Assembly: GCA_963801355.1 (NCBI GenBank)
Contig: CAWDEM010000008.1
Span: 1,888,001 to 1,952,000, forward strand
Origin: Ignavibacteriota bacterium
Lineage (GTDB): Bacteria; Bacteroidota; Ignavibacteria; UBA10030; UBA6906
Length of the DNA stretch: 64,000 nucleotides
Direction: 5' to 3'
Part shown: positions 46,328-57,017 of the stretch, in pieces
How positions within the stretch are numbered: the stretch's first letter is position 1
Layout: each line of letters opens with the position of its first letter
Notes under the pieces: model-generated
What the model was told of the DNA's origin: nothing
Seen by the model: the letters and a program-made list of their open reading frames with translations, nothing else
Databases searched by the model: none
Made by a program: the position numbers and the translations under genes

Positions 46328-48667
46328 TCAGCGTGCCCTGAGAGGGTAGGAGACCATGTTCGCCAGGCAGCGGAGGGCGCCCGGGTGGCGGTCCTTGAGC
46401 TGGCGGTACCAGACGTAGGTGGTGTAGATGTAGCTCCCCGCGCCGTACGAGGCACAGAGGTAGCCGGTGTCCGCATCCGGTTCATCAGGATCATGGGTGC
46501 TGATCAACCGTTCGTACACGGGAGGGACATCCACCGGGAGATACACCGACCGCTCCTGCTTCCAGCCGTCCCAATCGCGCGCAGTGATCGCATTGGGCCA
46601 ACGGAGTAACGGATGTCCCGGGAGAAGAGCGATGACGGGAGCATCCTCCATTGTTACCCGTTGCCGGCTGACGGAGAACGGGTATGGCGCGTACTCTCCT
46701 TTCCATTCAGCGTCACGCTGGTACATGACGACAAGGTTCCCACCCCTCCGGACCCAGTCGATCAGGCGGCGGTTGTGTTCTCGGAGCGCAGCGCGGACAA
46801 GATATGCACGCATGTCAACGATGATCGTCTGATACAGACTCAGATCTCCGTCCGCCAGGGTGGCATCGTTGAGTGTGTCACAGCGCACCCGAAGGTCCCT
46901 TAATGAGCCCGACAATGTACTGTCATAACTTGACACGAGGCCAACGCGGACAGCCGCTGGTACCACGACATCGGCAACGCGGAGGATGATTGTCCGCGCG
47001 GCATAGTCGGTGCTCAAATGAATTGTATACTCGCCTTCAGCGGGGTCTGCCGGAGCCACGAGCAGCACCATTCCATCCTCTGTTGCACCCTCCTTTTCCA
47101 GCGCAAACGTGAACCCTCTCGCCTTCCAGCCGGCCGGGGCACTAACGCTGACAGTGCCGGCACTCTTATGAGGAAACATGTTCGTCACGGTGCACGGAAG
47201 AGAAATCCCTTTTGCGGCGTCGCCGGTCTGTGCCCAGAGTACTTCGGAGCCCGTCCGCAGCAGGTGCGGCGATGCGATGTCAATAACCAGCGGGACGCGA
47301 AGGGTCAACGGCTGACCATCGAGTGTATATGCCATGAGGACTTCCGGCGTGTCGCCGTCCTCGATTGCACGATAGAGATGTTCGGCCTTGGGGAACGAAA
47401 TCCGCGGTCGATCACCCACACGGAGCGTGAATGTTCTTATCTTCGCCCCCGTCACGGACTCCTCTTGCTGTACGGACCAGCCGTCCGGCAAAGACCATCC
47501 CATACTGTCGACAGAGAACGGCCCTTCCGCCGCATGCGGCGAGACAGTCACCTGCATCCGCTGTCCCGCGACCAGTATCGAATCATCATAGCGGACGCGG
47601 CATTCGAGCCCGGTTGCGACCGCCGCGAGATGCTCAACCCGTTCGCGCCAGCGCGCGAGAATTCTGCTGCTCAGCGTCGTCCGCCCCGCCGGGGTCCGTC
47701 CGATCACGTCGATCTGACGCAAACACGATGACGCCGTCCGGGTCAACATTTCCCACGGTTCACCCGGGTGCATTGTCTGCAGGGAATCCGCAAGCGGCTT
47801 CAACGATTGCATGGGTTCGTGGGACCAATTCCTGATGCCGGTGAAGAAATCGGTGCTGTCCTGAGGGAACAGGCTGCTTGCCCGGGCCAGCCGATAGGAG
47901 CTCCGGCCGCGATTGAACGCACGGAGATCGGCCCGATCCAGCCCCTGCGTCCGGTGCATGCGCAATGCCTGAGTTGCGACGTCGATATACGCAACACCAC
48001 GAATATCGTTCACCTCTTCCAGGTTGTGCACAACATCGAGAGTCCCGGGGGATCCCCCGAATACTCTGAGGAACAACTTCCGGGGTTGCCAGAGGTCAAT
48101 GCCGGGTTCATGCAGTTGCTCCGGGAACATGCTCGAGTCGGCAGCGGCGTCAAACGCGGCGATGAGGGTTACAGCGACCGCCTGATGATGTCCGTGGCCG
48201 CCCCAGGTGTTGTGATTGCTGAACAAGACGTCGGGCTTCACGCGGCGGATGACGTAGACCAGGCGGCGCAGCACCTCCTGCTGCCCTCCCCAGATACGGA
48301 ACGCCTCCGTCGCGGTCTTTGAATAGCCGAAATCGGGGAAGTTCAGAAACTCCACTTCGGCTCCGAGGATTGCCCCCGCGGCGCGGGTCTCCGCCGTACG
48401 GATCACCCCGAGGTCTTCGTACAGCTCGGATCCCTTCTCGTTTTGTCCGCCCTCGCCACGCGTAAACAGCACGGAGTACGTGTGGACCCCATACTTCATC
48501 CGGTAGTACGCGAGCGTCGCGCCGTCTTCGTCGTCGGGATGGGCGGAAATATCCATCAGAACGCAGGGCTGGGAAAGATCCCGCAACGTCCGGGCGATCT
48601 CCGTACGGTCGCGGGCTGAAGTCCCGATGGCGATCAGGGCAAGTACGATGGTGACCAGATACTTCAC
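46328..48667 (-). CDS. Secreted PIG-L family deacetylase with NEW3-like and GATase-like C-terminal domains
   Basis: Signal peptide, SAHPDDED, TRGEGGQN, DFGYSK and GHGHH. Confidence 0.88.
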   Translation of the reverse strand: MKYLVTIVLALIAIGTSARDRTEIARTLRDLSQPCVLMDISAHPDDEDGATLAYYRMKYGVHTYSVLFTRGEGGQNEKGSELYEDLGVIRTAETRAAGAILGAEVEFLNFPDFGYSKTATEAFRIWGGQQEVLRRLVYVIRRVKPDVLFSNHNTWGGHGHHQAVAVTLIAAFDAAADSSMFPEQLHEPGIDLWQPRKLFLRVFGGSPGTLDVVHNLEEVNDIRGVAYIDVATQALRMHRTQGLDRADLRAFNRGRSSYRLARASSLFPQDSTDFFTGIRNWSHEPMQSLKPLADSLQTMHPGEPWEMLTRTASSCLRQIDVIGRTPAGRTTLSSRILARWRERVEHLAAVATGLECRVRYDDSILVAGQRMQVTVSPHAAEGPFSVDSMGWSLPDGWSVQQEESVTGAKIRTFTLRVGDRPRISFPKAEHLYRAIEDGDTPEVLMAYTLDGQPLTLRVPLVIDIASPHLLRTGSEVLWAQTGDAAKGISLPCTVTNMFPHKSAGTVSVSAPAGWKARGFTFALEKEGATEDGMVLLVAPADPAEGEYTIHLSTDYAARTIILRVADVVVPAAVRVGLVSSYDSTLSGSLRDLRVRCDTLNDATLADGDLSLYQTIIVDMRAYLVRAALREHNRRLIDWVRRGGNLVVMYQRDAEWKGEYAPYPFSVSRQRVTMEDAPVIALLPGHPLLRWPNAITARDWDGWKQERSVYLPVDVPPVYERLISTHDPDEPDADTGYLCASYGAGSYIYTTYVWYRQLKDRHPGALRCLANMVSYPLRAR

Positions 48668-49323
48668 TCTCGTGCTTCCCCTCCCTGGATTTCCGGAATC
48701 GCCTCCCGCAACGCCTGCAGCGGCACAACACCAAGGCGGAGTATGCGGGGGGGAGAAACGGTGACGTCGATCACAGTGGATGGCGGCGTCGGAGGGAGTT
48801 CACCCGCATCGAGAAACAGATCCACACCGCGCGGGATTGCATTGTGGATTTCCTTCACGGCATGAAGAGAGGGCCCCCCGGAGAGATTCGCGCTCGTGGA
48901 AGTCAACGGGCAACCACAGAGAGCCAGCAGCCTGCGACACAGCGGGCTTGAGGATATGCGTATGCCGATGGTTCCGGAGCCGTGCGAGAGGAGATCGGGC
49001 ACCTCTTTTGTCGCCTTGAATACCATGGTCAGGGGACCCGGCCAGAACCTTGCCATGAGCAGACGGGCCTCCTCGCTGATTTCCGTCGTCAGCGCCGCGA
49101 GTTGCTGTTCATCTCTGACTATCACAAGGATCGGCTTGTGCCCTTCGCGTTGTTTGATCGCGCGCACCTTGGCGATGGCCGATCCATCCCAGCCGTTCGC
49201 CCCGATCCCGTACAGCGTCTCGGTCGGATACACGATGACGCCTCCGGCCTGGATGACCTCTGCTGCCAGCACCATCGCCTTGTCTTCCGGGTGTGCAGCA
49301 TCCACCTTCATGACGAGAGACAT
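48664..49323 (-). CDS. tsaC: L-threonylcarbamoyladenylate synthase
   Basis: YPTETLYGIG, KQR, FWPGPLT and STSANLSG. Confidence 0.93.
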   Translation of the reverse strand: MSLVMKVDAAHPEDKAMVLAAEVIQAGGVIVYPTETLYGIGANGWDGSAIAKVRAIKQREGHKPILVIVRDEQQLAALTTEISEEARLLMARFWPGPLTMVFKATKEVPDLLSHGSGTIGIRISSSPLCRRLLALCGCPLTSTSANLSGGPSLHAVKEIHNAIPRGVDLFLDAGELPPTPPSTVIDVTVSPPRILRLGVVPLQALREAIPEIQGGEARE

Positions 49324-49335
49324 GATGAACTCCGC

Positions 49336-50394
49336 TTATTGACCGGACATGATATCATGGATTGCGGCCATCACATGCGGGACCGTAATTCCGCGCATGC
49401 AGGCGAATGAACCGATCGGGCATTCGTTGCCGCCATGTATATTGCACGGGCGGCATGGAAGATCCACCACCTCGAGTACACGATCCTTCGGACCGACGGG
49501 TGCAAACCCGATTGCAGGGACGGTTGGCCCGAACAGTGCAAGAACGGGCGTGTCGACACCCATGGCGATATGGCCGGGAGCGCTGTCATTGGACACCAGC
49601 AGGCGACAGCGGTGCAACAGCGCGGCTGATACGGCAAGTGAAGTCATTCCCGCAGCATTGAAAAGCCCGGCAGACCTCCCGCTGGCGTCTGCAATGCTAT
49701 CACAGAGTTTCACATCCCGGTCACCGCCGATGAGCACAACACTGAAACCCTCCCGCATGAGTGTACAGCCGAGCTCTGCATACGCCTCCATCGGCCAGCG
49801 TTTGGTGAGCCAGACCGAACCGGGAGCAAGGGCGATGAGTGGCTTCCGGCTGAACCCCGGAATCGTACGGTCCGCAGTTTCGAGAAGCACGGCTGCAGCC
49901 TGCGCATCCTCTTCATGGATGGCGATAACCGGCAGCACGCGGGAGGGAATGCTTCCCAGCACCGGCTGAAGGAGGCTGAGGTCCCGGTCGATTTCATGAT
50001 CAGATGACCGGTACGGAACTCGTTCGGTAAAGAGCCGCGCTCCGGCGCTCGAGGAGAACCCGATCCGCCGGGGGATGCGTGCCATCCGGACGATCAGCGC
50101 ACTGCGAATGGACCGGTGCGGCACAAGTGCAAGGGTGAACTGCCGCTTCTGCAGAAGCCTGACAAGCCCGTGCATTCCCCGCCATCCGCGATGGACTCCC
50201 CGTTTGTCATAGGGGATAACATCATCAACCGCGGGGTGTTTTCTCACAAGTTCGGCCACCGCAGGAACTGTGACAACGCTGATTGTGCCGCCGGGTCTCT
50301 GTTGCCGGAGGGTCTGGAGCAGGGGGAACATCAGGACAACATCCCCGATGAATGCCGTATGAAACACGAGCACCCGCTCCGCAGCCGGCGTCAT
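49336..50394 (-). CDS. waaF: LPS heptosyltransferase II (GT9)
   Basis: TAFIGDV, APGSVWLTKRWP, NDSAPGH, LFGPT and CRPC. Confidence 0.85.
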   Translation of the reverse strand: MTPAAERVLVFHTAFIGDVVLMFPLLQTLRQQRPGGTISVVTVPAVAELVRKHPAVDDVIPYDKRGVHRGWRGMHGLVRLLQKRQFTLALVPHRSIRSALIVRMARIPRRIGFSSSAGARLFTERVPYRSSDHEIDRDLSLLQPVLGSIPSRVLPVIAIHEEDAQAAAVLLETADRTIPGFSRKPLIALAPGSVWLTKRWPMEAYAELGCTLMREGFSVVLIGGDRDVKLCDSIADASGRSAGLFNAAGMTSLAVSAALLHRCRLLVSNDSAPGHIAMGVDTPVLALFGPTVPAIGFAPVGPKDRVLEVVDLPCRPCNIHGGNECPIGSFACMRGITVPHVMAAIHDIMSGQ

Positions 50395-51326
50395 GGCTCG
50401 GCCTTCGGGGGCATGTGCTGCGACCGGGTATCACGCTGCAACGATTCGTAGTAGGGCGTGTGTTTCCACCGCTTGTGCATCCAGAGCCAGTGGTCCGGAT
50501 TGCGCCGGATTGCCCGTTCGAGTACTGCCGTGTGCCTCTTCGTGAGTTCTGCGACCTGTTCTTCACGGGAGCCCTGGAGTCCGCCGGTATCGACTTCTTC
50601 AAATGCGCCCCGGTATGTACCATCCGTCTGGCGCACGAGGAACAATGCGAGAATGGCTGCACCCGAGCGCAGGGCGAAGGCGGCCGCGCCGCGGTGGGTG
50701 GCTGACGGGCGTCCGAAGAACGGGACAAAGATGGATTCCCTTGGGCCGCTCTGGTCGCCGAGAATGAGCACAGCCTCATTGCGACGGAGGGCCGCGAGCA
50801 CTTCACGCACAGCCGGGCCCATCGGCACGGTCACCGTGTCAAACCGCCTGCGCCGCTCGTCAACGCGGGCATCGACATATGCATTGCGCTGACGCTGGGC
50901 AATCGCCGTCACTCTGACCGGAAGCTGAAGCCGCACGCTGCTCAAGAGGAGTTCCCACGATCCGAAATGTGCACTGAGAAGGATCACACCCTTCCCGCGC
51001 TTCAGTGCGTCAGCCAGGAGCCCGGGATTCTCTATATGAACGAGTGGGACAAGCACCCCGGGACCCTGACCGTAGGTCCAGAGCATTTCCACCAGGGCGA
51101 TACCATAGTTTCTATACGCGCCGCGCAGGATCGTCTCCCTCTCGTGAGGCGTGAGTTCGGGAAGCGCCCGGGCGAGGTTGTCGCGCGTGACATTCCTGCG
51201 ATAGCCGGTCAGCCGGAGGATAAGCGTACCCAGCACTGCACCGACACGCTGTGCACCGCGGGGCGAGAGGGAGCGCACAAGCCACGCGAGAAGCCGGAAC
51301 AGTGCATATTCAATTCTGGATGTCAT
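50391..51326 (-). CDS. Lipid A late acyltransferase (LpxL/HtrB family)
   Basis: SAHFGSWE, GDQ, PFFG and WLWMHKRWK. Confidence 0.9.
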   Translation of the reverse strand: MTSRIEYALFRLLAWLVRSLSPRGAQRVGAVLGTLILRLTGYRRNVTRDNLARALPELTPHERETILRGAYRNYGIALVEMLWTYGQGPGVLVPLVHIENPGLLADALKRGKGVILLSAHFGSWELLLSSVRLQLPVRVTAIAQRQRNAYVDARVDERRRRFDTVTVPMGPAVREVLAALRRNEAVLILGDQSGPRESIFVPFFGRPSATHRGAAAFALRSGAAILALFLVRQTDGTYRGAFEEVDTGGLQGSREEQVAELTKRHTAVLERAIRRNPDHWLWMHKRWKHTPYYESLQRDTRSQHMPPKAEP

Positions 51327-51350
51327 GCGCGGGCGCGTGGCGGCTTCACC

Positions 51351-52760
51351 CTAGCGCGTGATGCCAACGCGATCCCAGTTCTCGTCGTGCAGTTCGTTGC
51401 GATGAGTTGAATGGACGAGCTCGTAATCACCCGCTGAATTTCTCAGGACAAACACGAAGATCACGCCGCCCTGGATGTTGTTGTAACTCCAGATCTCGTA
51501 CGGACGCGTCTCGGTTTCGTTGGGATGACGCTCCATATCGTCCGGCGCACCGTAGATGATATGCACACGGCCGCGGTCGGTCCGGAACCCGTCACGCGAC
51601 AGGATCCGGAAATTCGCATTGGCATAGGCGACCCTGGCCAGATACTCTTCACGCAGGCCGGGATTGCGGTGCCGCCAGAAATCGCTCAAGAACTTTCTCT
51701 TGGCATCCACAATCGCTTTTGCATCCGCTTCAGTTTTGGCGTCCTTCGCACTGCCCAGTCCTTCATATTGGTCCTTCTCTTCGTCCATCGCCGCGTAGCG
51801 GCACCATTCATTTTCGCGGTCGAGTTCCGACTCGTCCATCGACATGTACTGGGTCATGGGCAATGATGTGGAAGTCGCCAGTAAGGAAGAGTCAACGCCC
51901 AGCGTTGCGTTGTACACAAAGAACTTGCGGCCACTGCTGGCGACGGGAGGCCGGCCGCTGCTGTCCAACAAAGAGAGAATCAACGTGTACGTCCCCGTGC
52001 GCATGCTGTTCACGCCGAACTGATCGACGAGGACACTGGATTCCGACACGCGCTTCCGCGGGCGTTCGCGCGACATGATCTCCTTCCCCACCGCATCATA
52101 CACATTGCTCCGGACAATATAATCGCTCGTATCCTGGCCGCGGAGAAGGTTGTATGCTTCGGCGTAGTAGTAGACCTTCTGATCTTCGGTATAGAGCCCG
52201 CCGACGTTCGGCACTATATCCAGCGTGTTCTTGTAGAAGATACTCCCCTTTGTGCCCTGCCGGATGGAGGACGCAAGCTCCACGTCGCTCAGGACGGGCT
52301 TGGTGGTGCTAACTGCGCGCACCGGCACGTTTAACAGCATGCTGTCGCGGCGGGCGGGGTCATGCCGGTCTCTCCCGACCAGACGAAATCTGTAGTCACC
52401 GTCGGAAAGCTGAAATGCATACAGCCCGACGAGGTTCACCTCCCTCGACAACACCGACGTGTCGGCAATGCTGTGGGGCACCAGCCATCGATCGGCATGG
52501 ACGACAGAATCTTTGAGTGACACAAGAAGAGTAAGGTCAAGGGCACCGCTGAAGCCCGAGGTGTCGACCATGTAGGTGATTGACCTCTCGGGGAAGGCGT
52601 ACGTGATTTCGATGTGCGTGGAGGCATCATCCGAGCCCCGATAACGATTGATGTCCGCGGTGATCCGTATGCGTTCATTGGCAGGACGCGTCTGCGCGAC
52701 AAGTGCAGGCACGACACACAGCACAACAATAGCGAAGATGACATACCTCGACAGTCTCAT
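51351..52760 (-). CDS. GWxTD-domain protein
   Basis: Signal peptide; ARVAYANANF...GFRTDRGRVHIIYGAPD...YEIWSY. Confidence 0.85.
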   Translation of the reverse strand: MRLSRYVIFAIVVLCVVPALVAQTRPANERIRITADINRYRGSDDASTHIEITYAFPERSITYMVDTSGFSGALDLTLLVSLKDSVVHADRWLVPHSIADTSVLSREVNLVGLYAFQLSDGDYRFRLVGRDRHDPARRDSMLLNVPVRAVSTTKPVLSDVELASSIRQGTKGSIFYKNTLDIVPNVGGLYTEDQKVYYYAEAYNLLRGQDTSDYIVRSNVYDAVGKEIMSRERPRKRVSESSVLVDQFGVNSMRTGTYTLILSLLDSSGRPPVASSGRKFFVYNATLGVDSSLLATSTSLPMTQYMSMDESELDRENEWCRYAAMDEEKDQYEGLGSAKDAKTEADAKAIVDAKRKFLSDFWRHRNPGLREEYLARVAYANANFRILSRDGFRTDRGRVHIIYGAPDDMERHPNETETRPYEIWSYNNIQGGVIFVFVLRNSAGDYELVHSTHRNELHDENWDRVGITR

Positions 52761-52795
52761 AGTTGCTCCTTCACAGAAATAGGGACAGCGGGTTT

Positions 52796-53215
52796 CTACT
52801 CACCCATCACTTTGACTACAACACGTTTGCGCCGGCATCCATCAAATTCGGCATAGTACACCTGCTGCCAGGGGCCGAGGTCAAGGACTCCTTTGGTCAC
52901 CGGCAGGATCACTTCATGATGAACCAGCAAGCTCTTGAGATGAGCATCACCGTTCGTTTCCCCCGTCCGGTGATGCCGGTATCCTTTGTTGAAAGGCGCA
53001 AGCCTTTCCAGCCATTCGTCAATATCCTGAATCAATCCGTCTTCTGCGTCATTCACGTACACGCCCGCGGTGATGTGCATCGCGGACACCAACACCATAC
53101 CCTCCTGCACGCCGCTTTTTCGGACAATTTCCTCCACCTGCGAGGTGATGTTGAGATATTCCCGCCTGGTACGCGTGGTAAACCACAAGTAGTCCGTGGC
53201 CGTTCGCAAGCTCAT
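52796..53215 (-). CDS. yjbQ: YjbQ/UPF0047 family protein
   Basis: MHITAG, NGDAHLK and [14 protein letters not shown]. Confidence 0.92.
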   Translation of the reverse strand: MSLRTATDYLWFTTRTRREYLNITSQVEEIVRKSGVQEGMVLVSAMHITAGVYVNDAEDGLIQDIDEWLERLAPFNKGYRHHRTGETNGDAHLKSLLVHHEVILPVTKGVLDLGPWQQVYYAEFDGCRRKRVVVKVMGE

Positions 53216-53592
53216 TGCAGCATGGCTTTCAGCTTGGCAATCGCTTCCGATGGCTTGAACGGTTTCGCAAGAAAGTCATCGGCGCCGGCCTTTATCACCA
53301 TGTCGTGCACGGCCTTACCCCCCATCCCGCTGGTCCCGACTATCTTGATCGAAGGGTTCAATACGCGGGCACGGGCAATCAGGTCCACACCGGCCACCCG
53401 TGGAAGGTTGAGATCCGTAATCAGGAGCCTGACGTCAGCCGCATGCTTCTCCAGAAGCTCGAGCCCCTGCTTGCCGTCATTCGCCTGGAGGACGCTGAAT
53501 CCCTCAATCTCGAGCAGAATTGCAAATAGTTTCCTCAGCTCCTGTTCATCTTCAACGATGAGCACCCCCTTGCCAGTCTGCTCCGCCATCAT
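53212..53592 (-). CDS. Single-domain response regulator
   Basis: LIVEDE, ITDLNLP and FLAKPF. Confidence 0.92.
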   Translation of the reverse strand: MMAEQTGKGVLIVEDEQELRKLFAILLEIEGFSVLQANDGKQGLELLEKHAADVRLLITDLNLPRVAGVDLIARARVLNPSIKIVGTSGMGGKAVHDMVIKAGADDFLAKPFKPSEAIAKLKAMLQ

Positions 53593-53724
53593 CCAGGTCT
53601 CCTCTGATTATCAATATATGCACACCCCGCCTCATCCGCAACCCTGCTTTCCAGAGCAGAAACGGCAATTCGACAGGTTGAAGGGAACGGTTGGACAACG
53701 TGCAGCAGATTCGTATATTTGTCT

Positions 53725-53946
53725 ATGGCAAGACAAGATATTCTCCTTCTCGTGGCATTCGGTTCCCTCGCGTTGATCACATTCGTTGCGGCGATCATCT
53801 GTTTCCGAAAAGCGCTGGCGGTGGCGAACCAGAAAGACGGTGACATCAAGATGTTCCTCTGGGCTGTGGCAACATTTGTCAGCCTCATCGTTTCCGGTCT
53901 CAGCGCCGCCTATATCCTTCTACCCATTATCTTCCATTACCTATGA
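53725..53946 (+). CDS. Small two-TM hypothetical protein
   Basis: Two hydrophobic helices; ATGA overlap with the downstream gene; TATATTTG box at 53714-53721. Confidence 0.65.
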   Translation: MARQDILLLVAFGSLALITFVAAIICFRKALAVANQKDGDIKMFLWAVATFVSLIVSGLSAAYILLPIIFHYL

Positions 53947-56900
53947 TCTCGAGGCGCAGCATCCTGCTCGCAGCGCTCTACGGCATGGGTATGTCCATTT
54001 CGGCTGGACCCACCCTTGACCGGCTTGGCGTGGAGGTGCGTCACACATCCCGCCCATTCATCTACACCAATAAGCAAGAGGCGACATATTACGGGGAGAC
54101 TCACAGCCGTAACCGGGTCAGCTGGCAGGGATTCACTGTCCGGGGCCACGAGTTTCTGGATGACTATGACATCGTAGTGAACGGGACGACTCTCGACCGA
54201 TCGGCGGCGTTGAACGTGGTGGTGTACCCGGATCATCTCGAACGTACGTACCCCGGAGGCCTCGTTGAGGAGCTCTGGCCGGTGGACAGCCTCGCGATAG
54301 TGGGAATTCACTTGCGTTCACCCCGACCCATCGCGGCGGGTTTTGTGCCATACTTCACCGACGGCCGACGGCCCCCGGACTACATCATCCGGCTCAAGAG
54401 CGGTGTCGCGCTCCTCGCCAGGTCGACTCATCCGGAACGCACAGCCTCTGCCGACTACCCGGTCTGGCTGGCGATCGGTTCCCGGCGGGCTCTCCCCGAC
54501 ACTGTTGCCGTGGCCTCCGGACGCCAGTTCTCGCCCGTGCGGCTGTCAGGTTTGCTGGCCCGGACCCATATCTTCTCCGTGGCTGTTGCCAACACCGCCG
54601 AACAGGCTGAAGCTCTGGTTCGCACGTATCCCGACCGGCTCACGTCGTACGCAGCACAGCGCAGGGCCCGGATGGAGCAGCTTCTGGCCGAGACAGAGGT
54701 CAGGACATCCAATCCGCGCTTCGATATGGCCCTCCAGTGGGCCGTGCTGTCCCTGGATGCGCTGGTGATGAACCAGACGGGGAGAGGGATATTCGCCGGT
54801 CTTCCCTGGTTCAACAATTACTGGGGACGTGATACGTTCATTTCCCTGCCGGGGGCCGCGCTCGTGACGGAACGATTCCCCCTGGCCCGGCAACTCCTGG
54901 AGTCATTCGGGGCGTTTCAGCAGTACGATTCCCTCTCCCCCGATTACGGCCGCATACCGAACATCGTCTCTGTTACCGATACCGCGTACAATACCGCCGA
55001 CGGCACGCCGCGATTTGTCGACATGGCACGCGAGTATGTAGTGCGTTCGGGAGACGAAAAATTCCTGCTCCGCATGTACCCCGTGATTCTGCGCTCGATC
55101 GAAGGCACCCTGAAGTACCATACCGATTCACTGGGTTTCCTCATACACGGGGATGCCGAAACCTGGATGGATGCCGTGGGACCTTCCGGCCCCTGGAGTC
55201 CCCGTGGCAATCGCGCAAACGATATCCAGGCCCTCTGGGCCAGGCAACTCGATGCCGGCGTTTGGTGCGCCTCACGGCTCGGCGACTTTGTCTCGGCACA
55301 CCGGTGGAACGCCGCCCTGAAGAAGTTGAAACTGAATTTCACGAAGTACTTCGACACGCCCGGGGGGCCGGTCGTCGACCATCTGCTCCCGGACGGTACG
55401 GCCGACGCCCGGACGCGTCCTAATCAGCTTTTCACCGCCCCTCTGCTGGACACCCCGACACGCGCCTCGATGGTCCGCTCGGTGGCATCTCAACTCACAT
55501 TTCACTACGGCGTCGCATCACTGGCACAGACCGACGGCGGTTTCCACCCGTTTCATGAGTACCCCCCTTACTACCCCAAAGATGCCGCGTATCACAACGG
55601 AACTGTCTGGACCTGGCTCCAGGGACAATTGATTTCCGAACTGTGCCGCTACCAACTGGCCGATTCCGCATTCGTGCTCACCGGGGATGCCGTGCACCAG
55701 ATTCTCGACAGGGGAGCAGTCGGGACACAGTCGGAACTTCTCGACGCATTGCCCCGTCCGGGCGAATCGGAGCCCCGTCTGTCGGGCACGGTCTCCCAGG
55801 CATGGAATCTGGCGGAGTTTGTCCGCAACGTGTACGATGACTACCTTGGAATCCGGATTGAGCGATTCACCCGCCGTGTCATTCTGCATCCGCACATTCC
55901 CCGGGCGCTGGGGACAGTACGGGCTTCATTCCGCATCGACGGCCGCAGATTGGGTCTTACGGCGGGAAAGATCGGCGATACGCTCAGTGTGACGATGAAT
56001 TTCCCGCACCTCGACCGGCCGTATGCGGTGGAAGTCGTCCTCCCCAACGACCGCGGTGAAGAGTTTTCGACGAGCTTCGCGCTCTCTGCAATGGGCGAGG
56101 TTGCAGTGCATCTGCGTGATACCCTATTCTCCATCTCCTCGGGTGATCCCTCGTTCGCCCATACCGGCATCATCCGCCGGAATTGTCCCGCAAAAGACGA
56201 ACTGGCGCCCTTTTCGTTCGCCGTACCACGGTCCGCTGAAGGATTGGCCGTGTTGCGCGGACCAAACTATCCCCTTCTGTCCCACGCGACAGTCATGCGG
56301 ACCAATGCACGGGCAAAGCTCATTGCCCGTTCCGACGATGCTCTCAATGATGACACCGGCGTGCGAGTCAACGGACGCGGCGTGAGCTACAGCTACCCCG
56401 GCAGCCCCAATTTCGTGCCGGGCTCTTTCGACATCGTGAATTTTACTTTGTCGTCCGACGATAGCCTGGCCTATTTCACGCTGGGCTTCAGATCCCTGTC
56501 GGATCCGGGATGGCATCCCGAATACGGGTCTCAGCTCACGTTTGCTGCAATCGCTATCGACACCAATGGAGTCGCGAGTGGAGGGCAAAGGGAAATTCAG
56601 GCGAATGCACAATTCCGGCTGGAGCCGGATCGTGCGTACGAGCGGCTCATCCTTGTCGGCGGCGGGTTCAGGCTGGAGGATCAGTCTGGAACAGTCCTTG
56701 CGGCGTACACTCCTACAGAAGATGCCCTGAGTTCACCCTTCGGGAACACAGCAACCGGGAAGTTTCAATTCGCAGTCCCGACGCGCTTCCTTGGTGTTCC
56801 GAATACCCGTTGGAAGTTCACGGTCCTTGCCGGAGCGCAGGACGACCACGGCGGCGCAGGCATTGGCGAATTCCGGACTGTTAATCCCCAACGGGGTGAA

Positions 56901-56975
56901 TGGAACGGCGGTGGGCGCCTGCGGCAATCAGATTCGAATATCTACGACCTGCTGATCTGCGGCAACCAGAGGTAG
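53943..56975 (+). CDS. Amylo-alpha-1,6-glucosidase (glycogen-debranching type) with C-terminal glucodextranase DOMON-like domain
   Basis: AGLPWFNNYWGRDTFISLPG, YNTADG, TWMDA, YHNGTVW and QAWN. Confidence 0.9.
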   Translation: MISRRSILLAALYGMGMSISAGPTLDRLGVEVRHTSRPFIYTNKQEATYYGETHSRNRVSWQGFTVRGHEFLDDYDIVVNGTTLDRSAALNVVVYPDHLERTYPGGLVEELWPVDSLAIVGIHLRSPRPIAAGFVPYFTDGRRPPDYIIRLKSGVALLARSTHPERTASADYPVWLAIGSRRALPDTVAVASGRQFSPVRLSGLLARTHIFSVAVANTAEQAEALVRTYPDRLTSYAAQRRARMEQLLAETEVRTSNPRFDMALQWAVLSLDALVMNQTGRGIFAGLPWFNNYWGRDTFISLPGAALVTERFPLARQLLESFGAFQQYDSLSPDYGRIPNIVSVTDTAYNTADGTPRFVDMAREYVVRSGDEKFLLRMYPVILRSIEGTLKYHTDSLGFLIHGDAETWMDAVGPSGPWSPRGNRANDIQALWARQLDAGVWCASRLGDFVSAHRWNAALKKLKLNFTKYFDTPGGPVVDHLLPDGTADARTRPNQLFTAPLLDTPTRASMVRSVASQLTFHYGVASLAQTDGGFHPFHEYPPYYPKDAAYHNGTVWTWLQGQLISELCRYQLADSAFVLTGDAVHQILDRGAVGTQSELLDALPRPGESEPRLSGTVSQAWNLAEFVRNVYDDYLGIRIERFTRRVILHPHIPRALGTVRASFRIDGRRLGLTAGKIGDTLSVTMNFPHLDRPYAVEVVLPNDRGEEFSTSFALSAMGEVAVHLRDTLFSISSGDPSFAHTGIIRRNCPAKDELAPFSFAVPRSAEGLAVLRGPNYPLLSHATVMRTNARAKLIARSDDALNDDTGVRVNGRGVSYSYPGSPNFVPGSFDIVNFTLSSDDSLAYFTLGFRSLSDPGWHPEYGSQLTFAAIAIDTNGVASGGQREIQANAQFRLEPDRAYERLILVGGGFRLEDQSGTVLAAYTPTEDALSSPFGNTATGKFQFAVPTRFLGVPNTRWKFTVLAGAQDDHGGAGIGEFRTVNPQRGEWNGGGRLRQSDSNIYDLLICGNQR

Positions 56976-57017
56976 GGATCAGACCTGGGCCTGACCTCTT
57001 TGGTAAGATAGCCACGC

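Noticed and set aside
45203-46609. 468-aa plus-strand ORF and similar antisense ORFs (e.g. 52763-53776, 59321-60217, 21762-22628)
   Set aside because: They overlap well-supported genes on the opposite strand and have no protein-family signal.
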